The notes under the pieces were generated by a model. The model was not told where the DNA came from and did no database searches. It saw only the letters and a list, made by a program, of their open reading frames with translations. From Mytilus edulis (lineage: Eukaryota), in contig NC_092350.1 of assembly GCF_963676685.1 (NCBI RefSeq), positions 13,516,001-13,580,000 on the forward strand: a DNA stretch of 64,000 nt, in the 5' to 3' direction. Made by a program: the position numbers and the translations under genes. The number at the start of each line of letters is the position of its first letter. The stretch's first letter is position 1. Positions 52,701 to 64,000 of the stretch are shown here, piece after piece.

Positions 52701-53376
52701 TTGAGTTAGAAAAAATAGAGACTCGATCATTCACTTGCAATTTTATTTATTTTTTCTCAATTAAAACTGCCTTTTTTGAAAACTTATTTTTAAATTTATG
52801 TAGCTAACCAATAGATTCAGTATAATTTTTGGAGTTTCAAAGCCCCCCTCCCGACACATCATAATTCAAATGTCACCAACAAGTTAATCATCACTATATC
52901 AATGCCAATATGCGTTTTAATCATACATACTAGTAATATCTTATGAAGATCAAAATTTGCTGACACTTTTTTGTTAATAGTGTCCGGAGTTTAGTTCTTT
53001 AGTTCTAAAGATGAAAATAAAAAAATGCTATGTTGTCCCCGTACAAAGACAATTTATGAATATTACTATCAGAGGATGTCGTTTTGGGGTTATTGTTTCT
53101 TCTATGTACGGTTCACATTTTAAATACAATAACATAAAAACCCACCTGGTCAGCAAATTCGTTCATTGCCAATCTGAATTCTGACTGTACATCATTGTTG
53201 TGTGCATTAACATATTCCAGGTTCATCTCCCACACGGCACGCTTGTTAGCTTCATCTTCTGAAGTACTGTAATATTTGTCAAAGTCAGTTTTCCACTGAT
53301 TCCATTGACCATTTAGATCAACTACAGCCAAAGAAGCCGACACAAATGTTGCCGTGAAAAATAAAATCAATTTCAT
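49697..53376 (-). CDS. Secreted cathepsin L-like (papain family C1A) protein lacking the catalytic cysteine; exons 53376-53146, 52019-51851, 50968-50757, 50492-50261, 49788-49697; 311 aa
   Basis: Signal peptide [17 protein letters not shown], then an I29 propeptide with ERFNIN-like ([19 protein letters not shown]) and AMNEFAD motifs. Mature domain: [11 protein letters not shown]...[74 protein letters not shown]. No stops or frameshifts. Confidence 0.88.
51108..51817. repeat. Composite foldback (inverted-repeat) structure in cathepsin-like intron 2
   Basis: ~51108-51273 is inverted versus ~51647-51817, and 51391-51433 is inverted versus 51604-51645. Confidence 0.8.
51490..51575. mobile_element. 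86-bp perfect hairpin MITE with 9-bp TSD (Mutator-like)
   Basis: 42-bp perfect arms with a 2-nt loop. acagtgata at 51481-51489 and 51576-51584. Confidence 0.85.
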
Positions 53377-54040
53377 TATAAACAAATTATTTTAAAATGT
53401 GATGATTTAATATTTAATATTTATATATCTTTATACAACAACATGTGATAGAATAAGGTATCATATGATAACAATGTGTTAAACACGTGTCACAAATTGA
53501 TATGGGACATTTGTTTAAAACTAATCAAAAACCCTTGATTTCTTCCCTTTCCTATTTATAGTGAATTTATAATAACATGTAGCTCAAAATTTTCTGATTT
53601 GTTTTGCTTTATTTATGTTTTATTCAATCTGGAAATTCTTTAAAAATATTCTTTCCCACGTTTCCCGTTCAAGTTTGTGGAAGCTCTTTTGGTATGAGCT
53701 ACGTATAATTCCGACCAACATTAGTGCGTCTACGTGATCTACGTGATACTTGTATAACTAGACACATGTCCTATGATTTGAATAGAAGTTTTTACATTGT
53801 CATCATCTTGACAAAACCGTAGGTACTTTTACATTGGAATTACCACAAATATGGAACTCAATAGCTGATATCTGTAACTATCTGTTTTGCCAGGGTTATA
53901 TAAAGGCAACAGTAGTATATCGGTGTTCATAAGTCATAAATCTATTGAGAGGAAACAAATCTTAGCCACAAACCAAAACTGAGAGAAACACATCAACTAA
54001 AAGAGGATGAGTTTCACTTTTTACTTGTTCATGGTGATTT

Positions 54041-54693
54041 AGACTTACATCTAGAAATTGACAATGAGGGTCGGTTGAAAACAAAACTTTACGACAAAAG
54101 AGATGATTTCAGCTTTCCAATTGTGAACTTTCCATTTCTAAGTAGCAACATTCCAGCAGCACCTGCATACGGGGTATATATCTCCCAATTGATACGATAT
54201 TCCCGTGCTTGCATTTCCTATCATGATTTTCTTGATAGAGGTTTGCTGCTCACAAGGAAGCTATTAAACCAAGAGTTCCAAATGGTGAAGTTGAAATCAT
54301 CCCTTCGTAAATTTTACGGACGCCATCACGAGTTGGTTGACCGTTATGGAATAACCGTTTCACAAATGATATCGGATATGTTCCTTACGTCGTAACTACA
54401 ATTCCCTTCCCTTTCATGAATATGACCTACCGAATAAGACTATTTACCGGATTTGTAATCACTTAAGCAACACGACGGGTGCCACATGTGGAGCAGGATC
54501 TGCTTACCCTTCCGGAGCACCTGAGATCACCCCTAGTTTTTGGTGGGGTTCGTGTTGTTTATTCTTTAGTTTTCTATGTTGTGTCGTGTGTACTATTGTT
54601 TTTCTGTTTGTCTTTTTTATTTTTAGCCATGGCGTTGTCAGTTTGTTTTAGATTTATGAGTTTGACTGTCCCTTTGGTATCTTTCGTCCCTCT
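54041..54693 (+). mobile_element. 5'-truncated Penelope-like retroelement (RT C-terminus plus 3' region)
   Basis: DLHLEIDNEGRLKTKLYDKRDDFSFPIVNFPFLSSNIPAAPAYGVYISQLIRYSRAC... is an RT thumb region of Penelope-like elements. The ORF stops at 54395. Confidence 0.75.
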
Positions 54694-56699
54694 TTCTCTT
54701 TTGTTACATGGTCTGGATATCTATTAAATTTCTCAAGATAAATGCGAAAAAGCTAAGTAATTATCAACAGAAGAAGTCATTTTGGGGTTTTGGTGTAAAA
54801 GAGGTACGAAAGATACCAGAGGGACAGTCAAACTCATATATTGAAAATAAAGTGACAACGCCATGGCTAAAAATAAAAAGACAAACAGACAAACAATAGT
54901 ACAAAAGACACAACATACTGTAATTGTCATTAAAGTACATACTTGTATTTCTTTTTCCAAATGTCCTTTACTTTGAACGATGTTTTTACATTGGAATCTT
55001 CTTCTAAAGGATTTTCTGCACTTTAACAATGGAATTTCTGATATCTCTCGACCCCTTAAAATACAAATACCGTGATTTATCCCAATTCAATCTAGGTAGA
55101 TTTTTCTTTTACAATTTTCTATGGTACTATGGGAAGATATTTAAAATCAAACTGGATACATTGAACCAACATTTTTACTACGGCATACAATTGTGTTTAT
55201 ATAGAAAAAAAGTAAAATCACAAAAATACTGAACTTGAGGAAAATCAATTCGGAAAGTCCATAATCACATGGCAAAATCAAATAACAATACGTATCAAAA
55301 ACGAATGGACAAGATATGTCATATTCCTGCATTTTGTCATGCACTTGTCGAATTAAAACTGTTTGTCGACAGGGTGAGACGTATCCTTCCAAGCTCATTA
55401 CAGCTTTTATCTAAACAAACAATGTCGAGGTAGGTCAGCATTATATGAATAGATTTTTAGATATATTCAACCATTCAGGGATCTCTATTCTGCCATTAAT
55501 GGCCAAATAAGAAAAATGTTGCATTTTGTATCGTTCAAAAACAAATTATTATCCACACTTCATCACCACCTTCATCATAGCATAAAAGTTTGTAGACATC
55601 TCAAATCAGTAAATGTCGGCTATATAAGTCACCAGCTTGGTTATGTTGCAGCTTAATCACTATACAAAGTAAGATACATTTGAATTTTAGTTAGATAGCT
55701 AGTTTATTATGGCAATTGTTTTTTATGCATATAAATAAAGGCAACATTAGTATACCGGTGTTCAAAAGTCATTAATCAATTGAGAGAAAACAAATCCGGG
55801 TAACAAAATAAAAGCGAGGGAAATACATAAACTATAAGAGGCAAACAAAGGAACAACAGGCGAGGAACACTATAGTGCGACAAAAACAAACGCCAACAAA
55901 CATAGAAACGAACTATTTGATACATATAACTTTTAGTAAGTCGTACACGGCCATATTTGCCATTACGTTATCATAATCTTGTTAGACCCTTGTAATCTTA
56001 AAGTCTTAGATTATTTTTGTAAAGAAACGGTCTTCAATCATTTATAAACACGATTTATCCACAGGTGCTTTTAGAATAGTTCTGGTTTTTTTTCTATAAT
56101 AAAAATGTGTGTCTTTAATTATTTTTTAGTTAATATTCTGTAATATCGCTTATTAAATGGGTTCTTGCAATTTCTCATACGATATAACAATAAAATAAAT
56201 ATATGAATTTTGATCCTTTTCTTAATGAAGTAAGAAAAAAACTATAACACATATTATTGGAAACAGCTCGCCCAGCCGAGTGCACTAAAGTTGTAATTAG
56301 TCTAACAAAATATAAATGTCATAAATCCTTTTACAAACACATCAAAGCCTCTGCAGCAAACATTGTCTTTTAATCATATCTACAACAACAACACAAAATA
56401 GAACTCTTTCATAACATAACACATATGTTCTTTCTAATAAACCAGGTGCTCCGCAGGGCGCAGCTTATACGACCGCAGATGTTATACCCTGAACAAAAAC
56501 AATAGATCAAAGGAAAATATCACCAAACAATCATGAAAATGCATGAAACTTGATAAAATGTAAGCCTTCCAACCTATGCATTCTTTTCTTCTCAATTTGC
56601 TGTAACCTCACCATGTGTCTTATAATAGTATTATGTATGTCTATGTGTTTCTGTATACCATTGTGTCAACATAGGTTATCCAGAATAAATATATTTATA

Positions 56700-58088
56700 T
56701 ATATGTTAAAACCATTTTCTAACTTTAGGCATTTGTAAAATGACTTAATGTTCAGGCAATTTATAAAATGCCTAACTTGACAGACATTTTACAAAATTAC
56801 TAAAAAAAAATAGTCATTTTGTGAAATGACTAAAATTTTTAAACAAAACTCAACAAACTGCTTGTTCAGTTTCAGGCAATTTGTAGAAGAAGGATATAAT
56901 TGAGATACATACTATAAAATTAAACAAAACACATCATCTTGCCAAGAAAATAAGTTAAAGTTTTGTAGAATTAATTTATTCTCAAAAAGCCATCTGGGAA
57001 TGTTTGTATGTCATATGATATATTCTTTTTAGTGAAACAACATTAAGTATGTACATTGTACTCACTCTGTATTTCAGATACCAGTAGTAAATTTGTGATT
57101 ATTTTGTCAAAATGGCAGAAGGACACATTGTTCTGTCAATAGAACAAAAATTATAACAATGTTTAGAAAATCTAGATTCAAAACAGTAAAGTGAAACATA
57201 TGAAGCAGATCTAGAGAAAAAGAAGTTTTTTTAATTGACTGATTGCTGTTTGTTTGCTTTCAGTCACAAATACGGCAAATATGTCATGTATTTTTAAGAC
57301 GTGAACAATTTGGTTATAAATCGTATGGGTTAGTTCTGCAGTGGATTGACCTGGCTTACATACAGGAATTTTGACTGCTGCTAGCAATTGAAATGAAGGT
57401 ATTTTGGATATAGACAAAAATTATCAACCAGCAGAATGGCCATAGATTTCTTAAAGTACAGAGAGCTCATGTAAGACCGTTTTTGTTGTGATGCAAAGAT
57501 ATGAGTATCACAATCTTCACTGCTTAAAAAAATGCCTAGGTCTTTGCAGTCTGATGAAGTAATGAGACAGTATAGTTGACTGTTGTAAAAATCTTGAAAA
57601 ATCAACCAAAAAAAGACAAATAACAGTGCTTTGACAGGATAAGCTGTCTCCTCCTAAAGATGGACCACCCGGCATGGGAAGATCTGCTTCATTGTTTTAC
57701 CAGTAAAGGTGATGAAAGTGATGAAAGTTAAATGTGTCATGATCCTGGTTTACAGATTTTAAGCCAAACAATGTATTTGCCAAAAATCCGGACAAATATT
57801 GTGTAACACTTCTGTCGTCAAAACATTTTCGTGAAATAGTAAATAATTGTAGAGTTCTGTTCTTGTGTGGGTTCTGAATAATTCACCAAAATTTATTCTT
57901 TTTAATTCAGTACTTATCATAAAAAAACTGCTCAGTTTTTCAGAGCTTTCAATTTTTTACATTTCATTCTATATAATAATTTCAGGCATTTTGTAAAATA
58001 CCTAGAAAATTTAGTCATTATGTAAAATGACCAAATCTTGCGGGCATTTTTACAAAATGCCTAAAGTTTTCAGAAAATGCCTATATAT
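56700..58088. mobile_element. Probable non-autonomous DNA transposon with repeat-rich imperfect termini
   Basis: Arrays of ggcatttt(g/a)taaaatg(c/a)cta at both ends in mirrored arrangement, flanked by (TA)n. Confidence 0.5.
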
Positions 58089-58961
58089 AGATAAAGAGAG
58101 AGAGGGGGGCACTGCCGTTATGGATTTATTAATTGCGTGTTTGTAGACATTATACATCTCTTCAATGTAACACTTTATACATATGATATCTGATTCATAA
58201 TAATATATTGACAAATAATGCCAGATAATATGTATATATATGGTTATATAGAAATACATAATACGACAGAGTTTTCTCCCCTAATATTGACTCAATTAAG
58301 AAAAAAAAAAATTTTCTGTAAGAGGATAATGGTTGTTCCTAGCCCAATAATTAATGAAGTTAAAATGCAATATCAGATATAACTTTTTAATGATAATTAT
58401 AGATCTTTATTCGAAAAGGAAATATTTAAAGGTTATTAACAACTATAATACTTAAATGTGAATTTATTAAATGTGTCTCATCAAACATTCTTTCTGAGAC
58501 AACAGCGGTCTCGAGCGTACCTGATGAAGGTAAAATTATGTTTTGTCACTTACACAAATCAGACAGATCTGTGTTAAAATTTATACTGTGAAATTTACTT
58601 TCATTTTCTAAGAAAATGCGTGCACCAAGTCAGGAATATCACAGATGTCATCCTTTCGTTTGATGTGTTTAGGCTTTTGATTTATTTTGCAATTGGATTA
58701 GGGACTTTCCGTTTTGAATTTTGTCCGGAGTTCAGTATTTTTGTGATTTTATTTTTTCTTATTACTAGGCAAAATCAAAATGTCGTCTATGCTTCCTTAC
58801 TGCTAATAAGTCCTATGTTGTGTAACGTTACTCTCAATAATTTACTCAATGACTGTGTAGTTAAGCTATTTCTCTATTTCTCTATTCCTCTACTTGATTT
58901 CCTTATATAAGATATGAAACTTTAAAAGAATTAAACCAACAAATAAATAATAACAATAATT

Positions 58962-59200
58962 ATAACAGTTGTCTACAAAACTTTCAATTTTTCGAAAAAC
59001 TAAGGATTTTCTTATCCCCGGCATAGATAACCTTAGCCGTATTTGGCACAACTTTTTTTGGAATTTTGGATCCTCAATTCTCTTCAACTTTGTATTTCTT
59101 TGGCTTTACATTTATTTTGATATGAGCGTCACTGATGAGTCTAATGCATACGAAACATGCGTCTGGCGTACTAAATTATAATCCTGGTACTTTTGATAAC
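58962..59200 (+). mobile_element. Retrozyme-like repeat (partial) with type I hammerhead ribozyme
   Basis: gcgtca-CTGATGA(59132)-gtct..atac-GAAA-catgc-GTC(59161)-tggcg. Confidence 0.7.
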
Positions 59201-59869
59201 TGTTGTATGTTGTGATATTTTATATGATTATATATATTCTGTGATATTATCTTAGGTTAATTTTAATTTTATCTTCATTTATATGTGTATGTGTTATGAA
59301 TGAGAATATTTTGTGTATTGTTGTCATTATGTCCTTCCAGGTGACATGAACTGGAAAATAAAGAATTTTAACTTCATACTTTTATTCACACCAAAATTTT
59401 TTAAAACACTGTTACTATTTCTTGTGGAAGTAAGATAATCGTTAACTAAACAAAATAACAAAATTATTGTATCTCATATTTTTATTTGATATGATTTTCA
59501 AAATGATAACTAACTCTAGTAAAAGGTTGACGTGCGTCTTGGTGCAGTAACCCATACCTTATATAGGTATATATTTAATTTACATCCAAACTTAAATTAT
59601 ATTTATCTTTAATGGTTATTATTGTCGTTTTCATTTCTTTTGTTCGTCAGCATTGAAAGTGATGCATAACAAATATTCTCTAAATAATCGAAATACATGG
59701 CTGCCAAATAAACAATAACTGTTATATTACAATCTAATGATTTTAATAAAAGCGGTGAAAAAGAATTTTCATGTGTCAATTTAAACAAAGTAGTGCCATC
59801 TGTGTCACTATTACTTAAAGACATGTAGACAATTTCGATTATATCTTTTTCACATAATTTTACTTGTTC

Positions 59870-60217
59870 AGTCCATTACTTGCTGGTGGACGTTTCGTCC
59901 CCGAGGGTATCACCAGCCCAGTAGTCAGCACTTCGGTGTCGACATGAATATCAATTATGTGGTCATTTTTTTTTTATAAATTTCCTGTTTACAAAACTTT
60001 CAATTTTTCGAAAAACTAAGGATTTTCTTATCCCAGGCATAGATTACCTTAGCCGTATTTGGTACAATTTTTTGGATTTTTTTATCCTCATTGCTCTTCA
60101 ATTTTGTACTTGTTTGGCATTTTAACTATTTCGATATGAGCGTCACTGATGAGTCTTATGCAGACGAAACGCGCGTCTGGAGTACTAAATTATAATCCTG
60201 GTATGTTTGATAACTAT
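59870..60217 (+). mobile_element. ~350-bp retrozyme-like repeat
   Basis: The most complete copy in the window. Contains the hammerhead core. Confidence 0.7.
60139..60184 (+). ncRNA. Minimal type I hammerhead ribozyme
   Basis: CTGATGA at 60146-60152, stem II GTCT/AGAC, GAAA at 60166-60169, palindromic stem III ACGCGCGT, and cleavage triplet GTC at 60175-60177. Stem I has a mismatch. Confidence 0.75.
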
Positions 60218-61191
60218 TTTCGCTCTTTTTTTCCAAAAAATCGCCAGAATTCAATTACAATGTTTGCGTTTTCCTTATTAACACTATCAATTTGTGAATT
60301 TCGAGATTAGCACGGTTAATCAATAAGATAGATGAGATCGCTTGTGTTTCTAGAAAGTGAATTCGAATTTCCATGCTACGAGACTGGTCTGTACACAATC
60401 TTAAAATCAATACTGCAAAGTTGTTGCAGCCGTTAGGGTCTTTAAATTTGTAAAGATAATTAAGTGAACTGTAATCCACTCTCAGTTCGAAACGACGATC
60501 AACTAAGTTTATTTCTAAAATATGTAATAAAGTAAACTACAGATTACAGTTCTATTTGTGTTACACACCATTCTGTTGAACTTTACTTAAAGTTCTGCAT
60601 GCGTATTCAATCACCTTATTTGTCTTTCGTGAAATTGAGACAAAACTGCTCCGATCCCAATGACTCTTTATTCAATGTAAACCTTTCCAAATATTTTTAA
60701 ACGTGCACGACCCATCTGCATCCTTCTGTTGACACAATAAGTCCGGGATACTCTTAGACTACCTCGTGTTTTGACAACTCTTAGTTACATTAAGCTTTAA
60801 TCAAGTATTTAACAATCCCTGAAAGACTTTCTGCAAATTAACCATATCTTTATCCACTGTTTTACTAAACACTATATATCATATAAGTACAAAAAACTAG
60901 AACATGACACTGCAATTCTTGAATTTCTGTCTCAATTATTATTTGAAACGTAGCTCCTCCGTTACATAATCAACATCTGGCTCTAGAAAAGGCAATCTTA
61001 TCTGTAGCTGCTAGATTCATAGGCATCTCATGAAAAGCCATACTCAGGATAAAAACTGACATCCAATTAGCTCCACTCAGTGCGTCCTCTATTTTAGGTA
61101 TCGGATACACATCTGTGTTCGTCTTATCGTTAAATGTCCTGTACTCAACACATAGCCGCCACGAATGATCTTTATATTTTATGTCAGGCAC

Positions 61192-61700
61192 TAAATAAAG
61201 GCAACAGTAGTATACCGCTGTTCAAACTCATAAATCCATGGACAAAAAGCAAAATCGGGGTAACAAACTAAAACTGAGGGAAACGCATAAATATAAGAGG
61301 AGAACAACGACACAACACTACAATGTAACACACACAGAAACGGACCAAGTATCAGACAAAATCCCACGAGAATAACAAATATAACATCAAAACCAAATAC
61401 ATGAATTTGGGATAGACAAGTACCGTGACACGTCTCATCGCAATGTCAATTTACACTCAAAAATAAGAGAAAACAAACGACGCAACGTTAAATTGTAACA
61501 CACATAGAAACGAACTATAATATTACAATGGCCATATTCCTGACTTGGTACAGGACATTTTTAAAAGAAAAAATGGTGGGTTGAACCTGGTTTTGTGGCA
61601 TGCCAAACCTCGCACTTTAATGGCAATGTTAAATATAACATTGAAATGACAACATAATATTACAGGACTACAATACAAATAAATAGGAGAACGTATTAGA
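61192..61700 (+). repeat. Dispersed repeat family (taaataaaggcaacagtagtataccgctgttc...)
   Basis: Partial copies at ~53900-54010 and ~55733-55925. Confidence 0.65.
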
Positions 61701-61705
61701 CAAAG

Positions 61706-62000
61706 AAACACATGATTAATGAATAACAAAAAGCATCAGGTTTAAAATTCAATACGCCAAAAACGCGCCTCGTCCACACAAGACTCACCAGTGACGCCCA
61801 GATATAAAAGATCGAAAGCGAAAAAAAGTACAAAGTTGTACAGCACTGAAGATCAAACGTTGAAAAAGGTTGTGTCAAATACGGCTATGTTTCTATGCTT
61901 GGGATAAGAACATCCTTATTATTTAGAACAATTAATGCTATTGCAAACAGTAAATTTTATCAAATGAATATAACAGATATACATAATGACACTGAAGTAT
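61706..62000 (-). mobile_element. Retrozyme-related repeat with mutated hammerhead core
   Basis: The reverse complement reads gggcgtca-CTGGTGA-gtct..ggac-GAGG-cgcgtt, so conserved core positions are substituted. Confidence 0.55.
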
Positions 62001-64000
62001 TAACTCATTACATAAAACAAACACAAATACATAACACAGAATAGACACACCCGACTCAGTCCAGGCCTCAACGCAGTAAATTATGAAAATGACGTCACAT
62101 ACGATGGTGAAAAGGCATTAAAAATTACGTCACATTTGAATATATGAAATTTCTGAAACAGCAGAAAAATGACGTCATATATGAAAAACTATATCTCAAA
62201 AGTAAGATAGAATTAGGATTGATTAAAGATTATAATAGAACTAAATACTGATATTGCATTTAAACACAATGCATATTGCAATACTTATTAATAGCAATTA
62301 GCTATAATACATATATGTTAAAAACTAAAACTAAAATTATGATATATATGTTAAAAACTAAAACTAAAACTTAGGCTGACGTAAAGGGTATTTTTTACTT
62401 GTCAATAAGTTTCTCATCCTCCAACTTCTTAAATTCATCCTCAATCTCTTGACATTTATAAAGAAGATATTCTTCTTGGAGGTACTTTTGCTGGAATGTC
62501 GTCTTTCTGTTTGATACTATGTTTACTTATTGTCGCTTTTTCTGGCTCTCTTGTCGGATTATGGAATGTGCATTTATTCTTTGGAAGATCTTTTTTGAAC
62601 TTGTTCCTCACATACTGTGGAATATATTTAGTGAATCTTTGCCATTCTAAACGTCATGATGTCCAAATAACGGTAATTTGATATAAAAAAAATCAATGTA
62701 ATTCACAATTTTCTGAGCTGGAACGATCAATTTAATATGAGTTCTGTTCAGTTCAGTAGTCTCGAAAGAATCAGCGAACGAGAAACACTTCCAACCCATA
62801 CTCTCGTGAGTTTACTAACTGGGCACACAATATCACATACTTCTTTTAAAAGGTTCTTCATTATATATTTTCCTAGTGAGAAAATTACAATTAGTACCCA
62901 ATTTGATTGAAATTCACTTATAACTTTACAATATGGATTTTGTTGTAAAACAACATTTATACAGACTATATAATTTGTATTCAATTATCACACACAATAA
63001 CCATTATTTACAAAATACAAGAATAGTTTTGTATGATTTTACTTGCAAAAGGTAAAATCATAAAAAAAAACCTGTCATATTCCTGACTTGGTACAGGCAT
63101 TTTCAAATGTAGAAAATGGTGGATTAAACCTAGTTTTAAACCTGGTTTTTGAGTATGTTCACTTGTTGAATAACATATGGCATCCAAAATTGTACAAAAT
63201 GCTCCCTCTTGGCATTTACATGAAAAAAATCGTTGACCATCAATGTTTAAAAACTGTTTAACTGCTTCACGTAGAGAAAGTTGAACCCCAGAAACCGAAG
63301 CTGCGAATAAAAATGTGTCTTTAACAGATAAATCTAATTCCTCGATATAATATCCTGTTAAAAATTCCTACAGCTATATTCCAATGCGGTACCCACATTC
63401 TAATAGTTACTCATAAAATATTTCGTGGATCAGTTGGGAAAATATAATACTTAGGAATTGGTATAATGGCATTATCGCTTACATGCTTAGACATTCGGGT
63501 TGGAGCAGTTGGCAAGACAGCGCACGGTTCCTGGCACGTATGATTGGCGTTTCAACGTCAGTGTAATTCTAATTGTCATTTGGGCCGATTTCTATTTCAA
63601 TTACAATTTCTATTAGAATAATCACTGGGGCCAAAGTCTATTGTACTATCAGAATTGTTATTCAGGTCATTTTAAATTATTACATCAGAATTATCACTGC
63701 ATGGGGCCAATGTCTGTTGTATTATCACTATCGGAATTAATTGGCATGCATGCATGTATCATGTATATATTTTTTGTGTTTTGTAAATAATGTTTATTAT
63801 GTTTTCATTGAATAACAATTCTATAGTAGCAATGCTTTTTGTATCATAAAATCCATACTATAAATTTTTGTACAAATTATAAGTGAATTTTGTACATATT
63901 ACAATTTGTATAAAACCAAATATAATTTGTACGATTTTTTTTGTGTACAAATCATATTTTATACAAAATGATAACGTGTACACAACATATATACACTTAA

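Larger units (their letters stand above)
60975..62600 (-). mobile_element. Degenerate Ty3/Gypsy pol fragment (start of RT) split by a ~1.17-kb composite insertion (61196-62362)
   Basis: KHSIKQKDDIPAKVPPRRISSYKCQEIEDEFKKLEDEKLI (~62525-62403) continues across the insertion into VLV...KDHSWRLCVEYRTFNDKTNTDVYPIPKIEDALSGANW (61190-60975). Confidence 0.75.

Noticed and set aside
49697-53376. Calling the papain-family gene a silicatein or a pseudogene
   Set aside because: Silicateins have Ser at the catalytic position whereas this has Val. The reading frame and splice sites are intact.
58518-58535. gagcgtacctgatgaagg resembling another hammerhead family
   Set aside because: No downstream stem II, GAAA or cleavage triplet; at best a truncated fragment.

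Overview
AT-rich eukaryotic genomic DNA from an invertebrate; the repeat landscape suggests a mytilid bivalve (inference, not verified). Four intron-containing genes can be assembled with phase-consistent splice sites: SLC45A3-like sugar transporter (+, 3 coding exons, 658 aa), PHF21A/B (BHC80)-like PHD protein (-, 14 coding exons, 507 aa, one GC-AG intron required), NUP50 (+, 7 coding exons, 437 aa) and a secreted cathepsin-L/papain-family protein (-, 5 exons, 311 aa). Most notable: the papain-family gene has an intact reading frame, but its catalytic Cys is replaced by Val. It also lacks Trp26, both Cys of the 22-63 disulfide and the GCxGG motif, while keeping Gln19, His and Asn, so it is a candidate pseudoprotease. 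Also notable are a head-to-head PHF21/NUP50 pair as in human, several type I hammerhead-ribozyme (retrozyme-like) repeats and a perfect 42-bp-arm hairpin insertion with a 9-bp TSD. The rest is nested Helentron-like, Kolobok-like, mariner-like, LINE, Penelope-like and Gypsy remnants.
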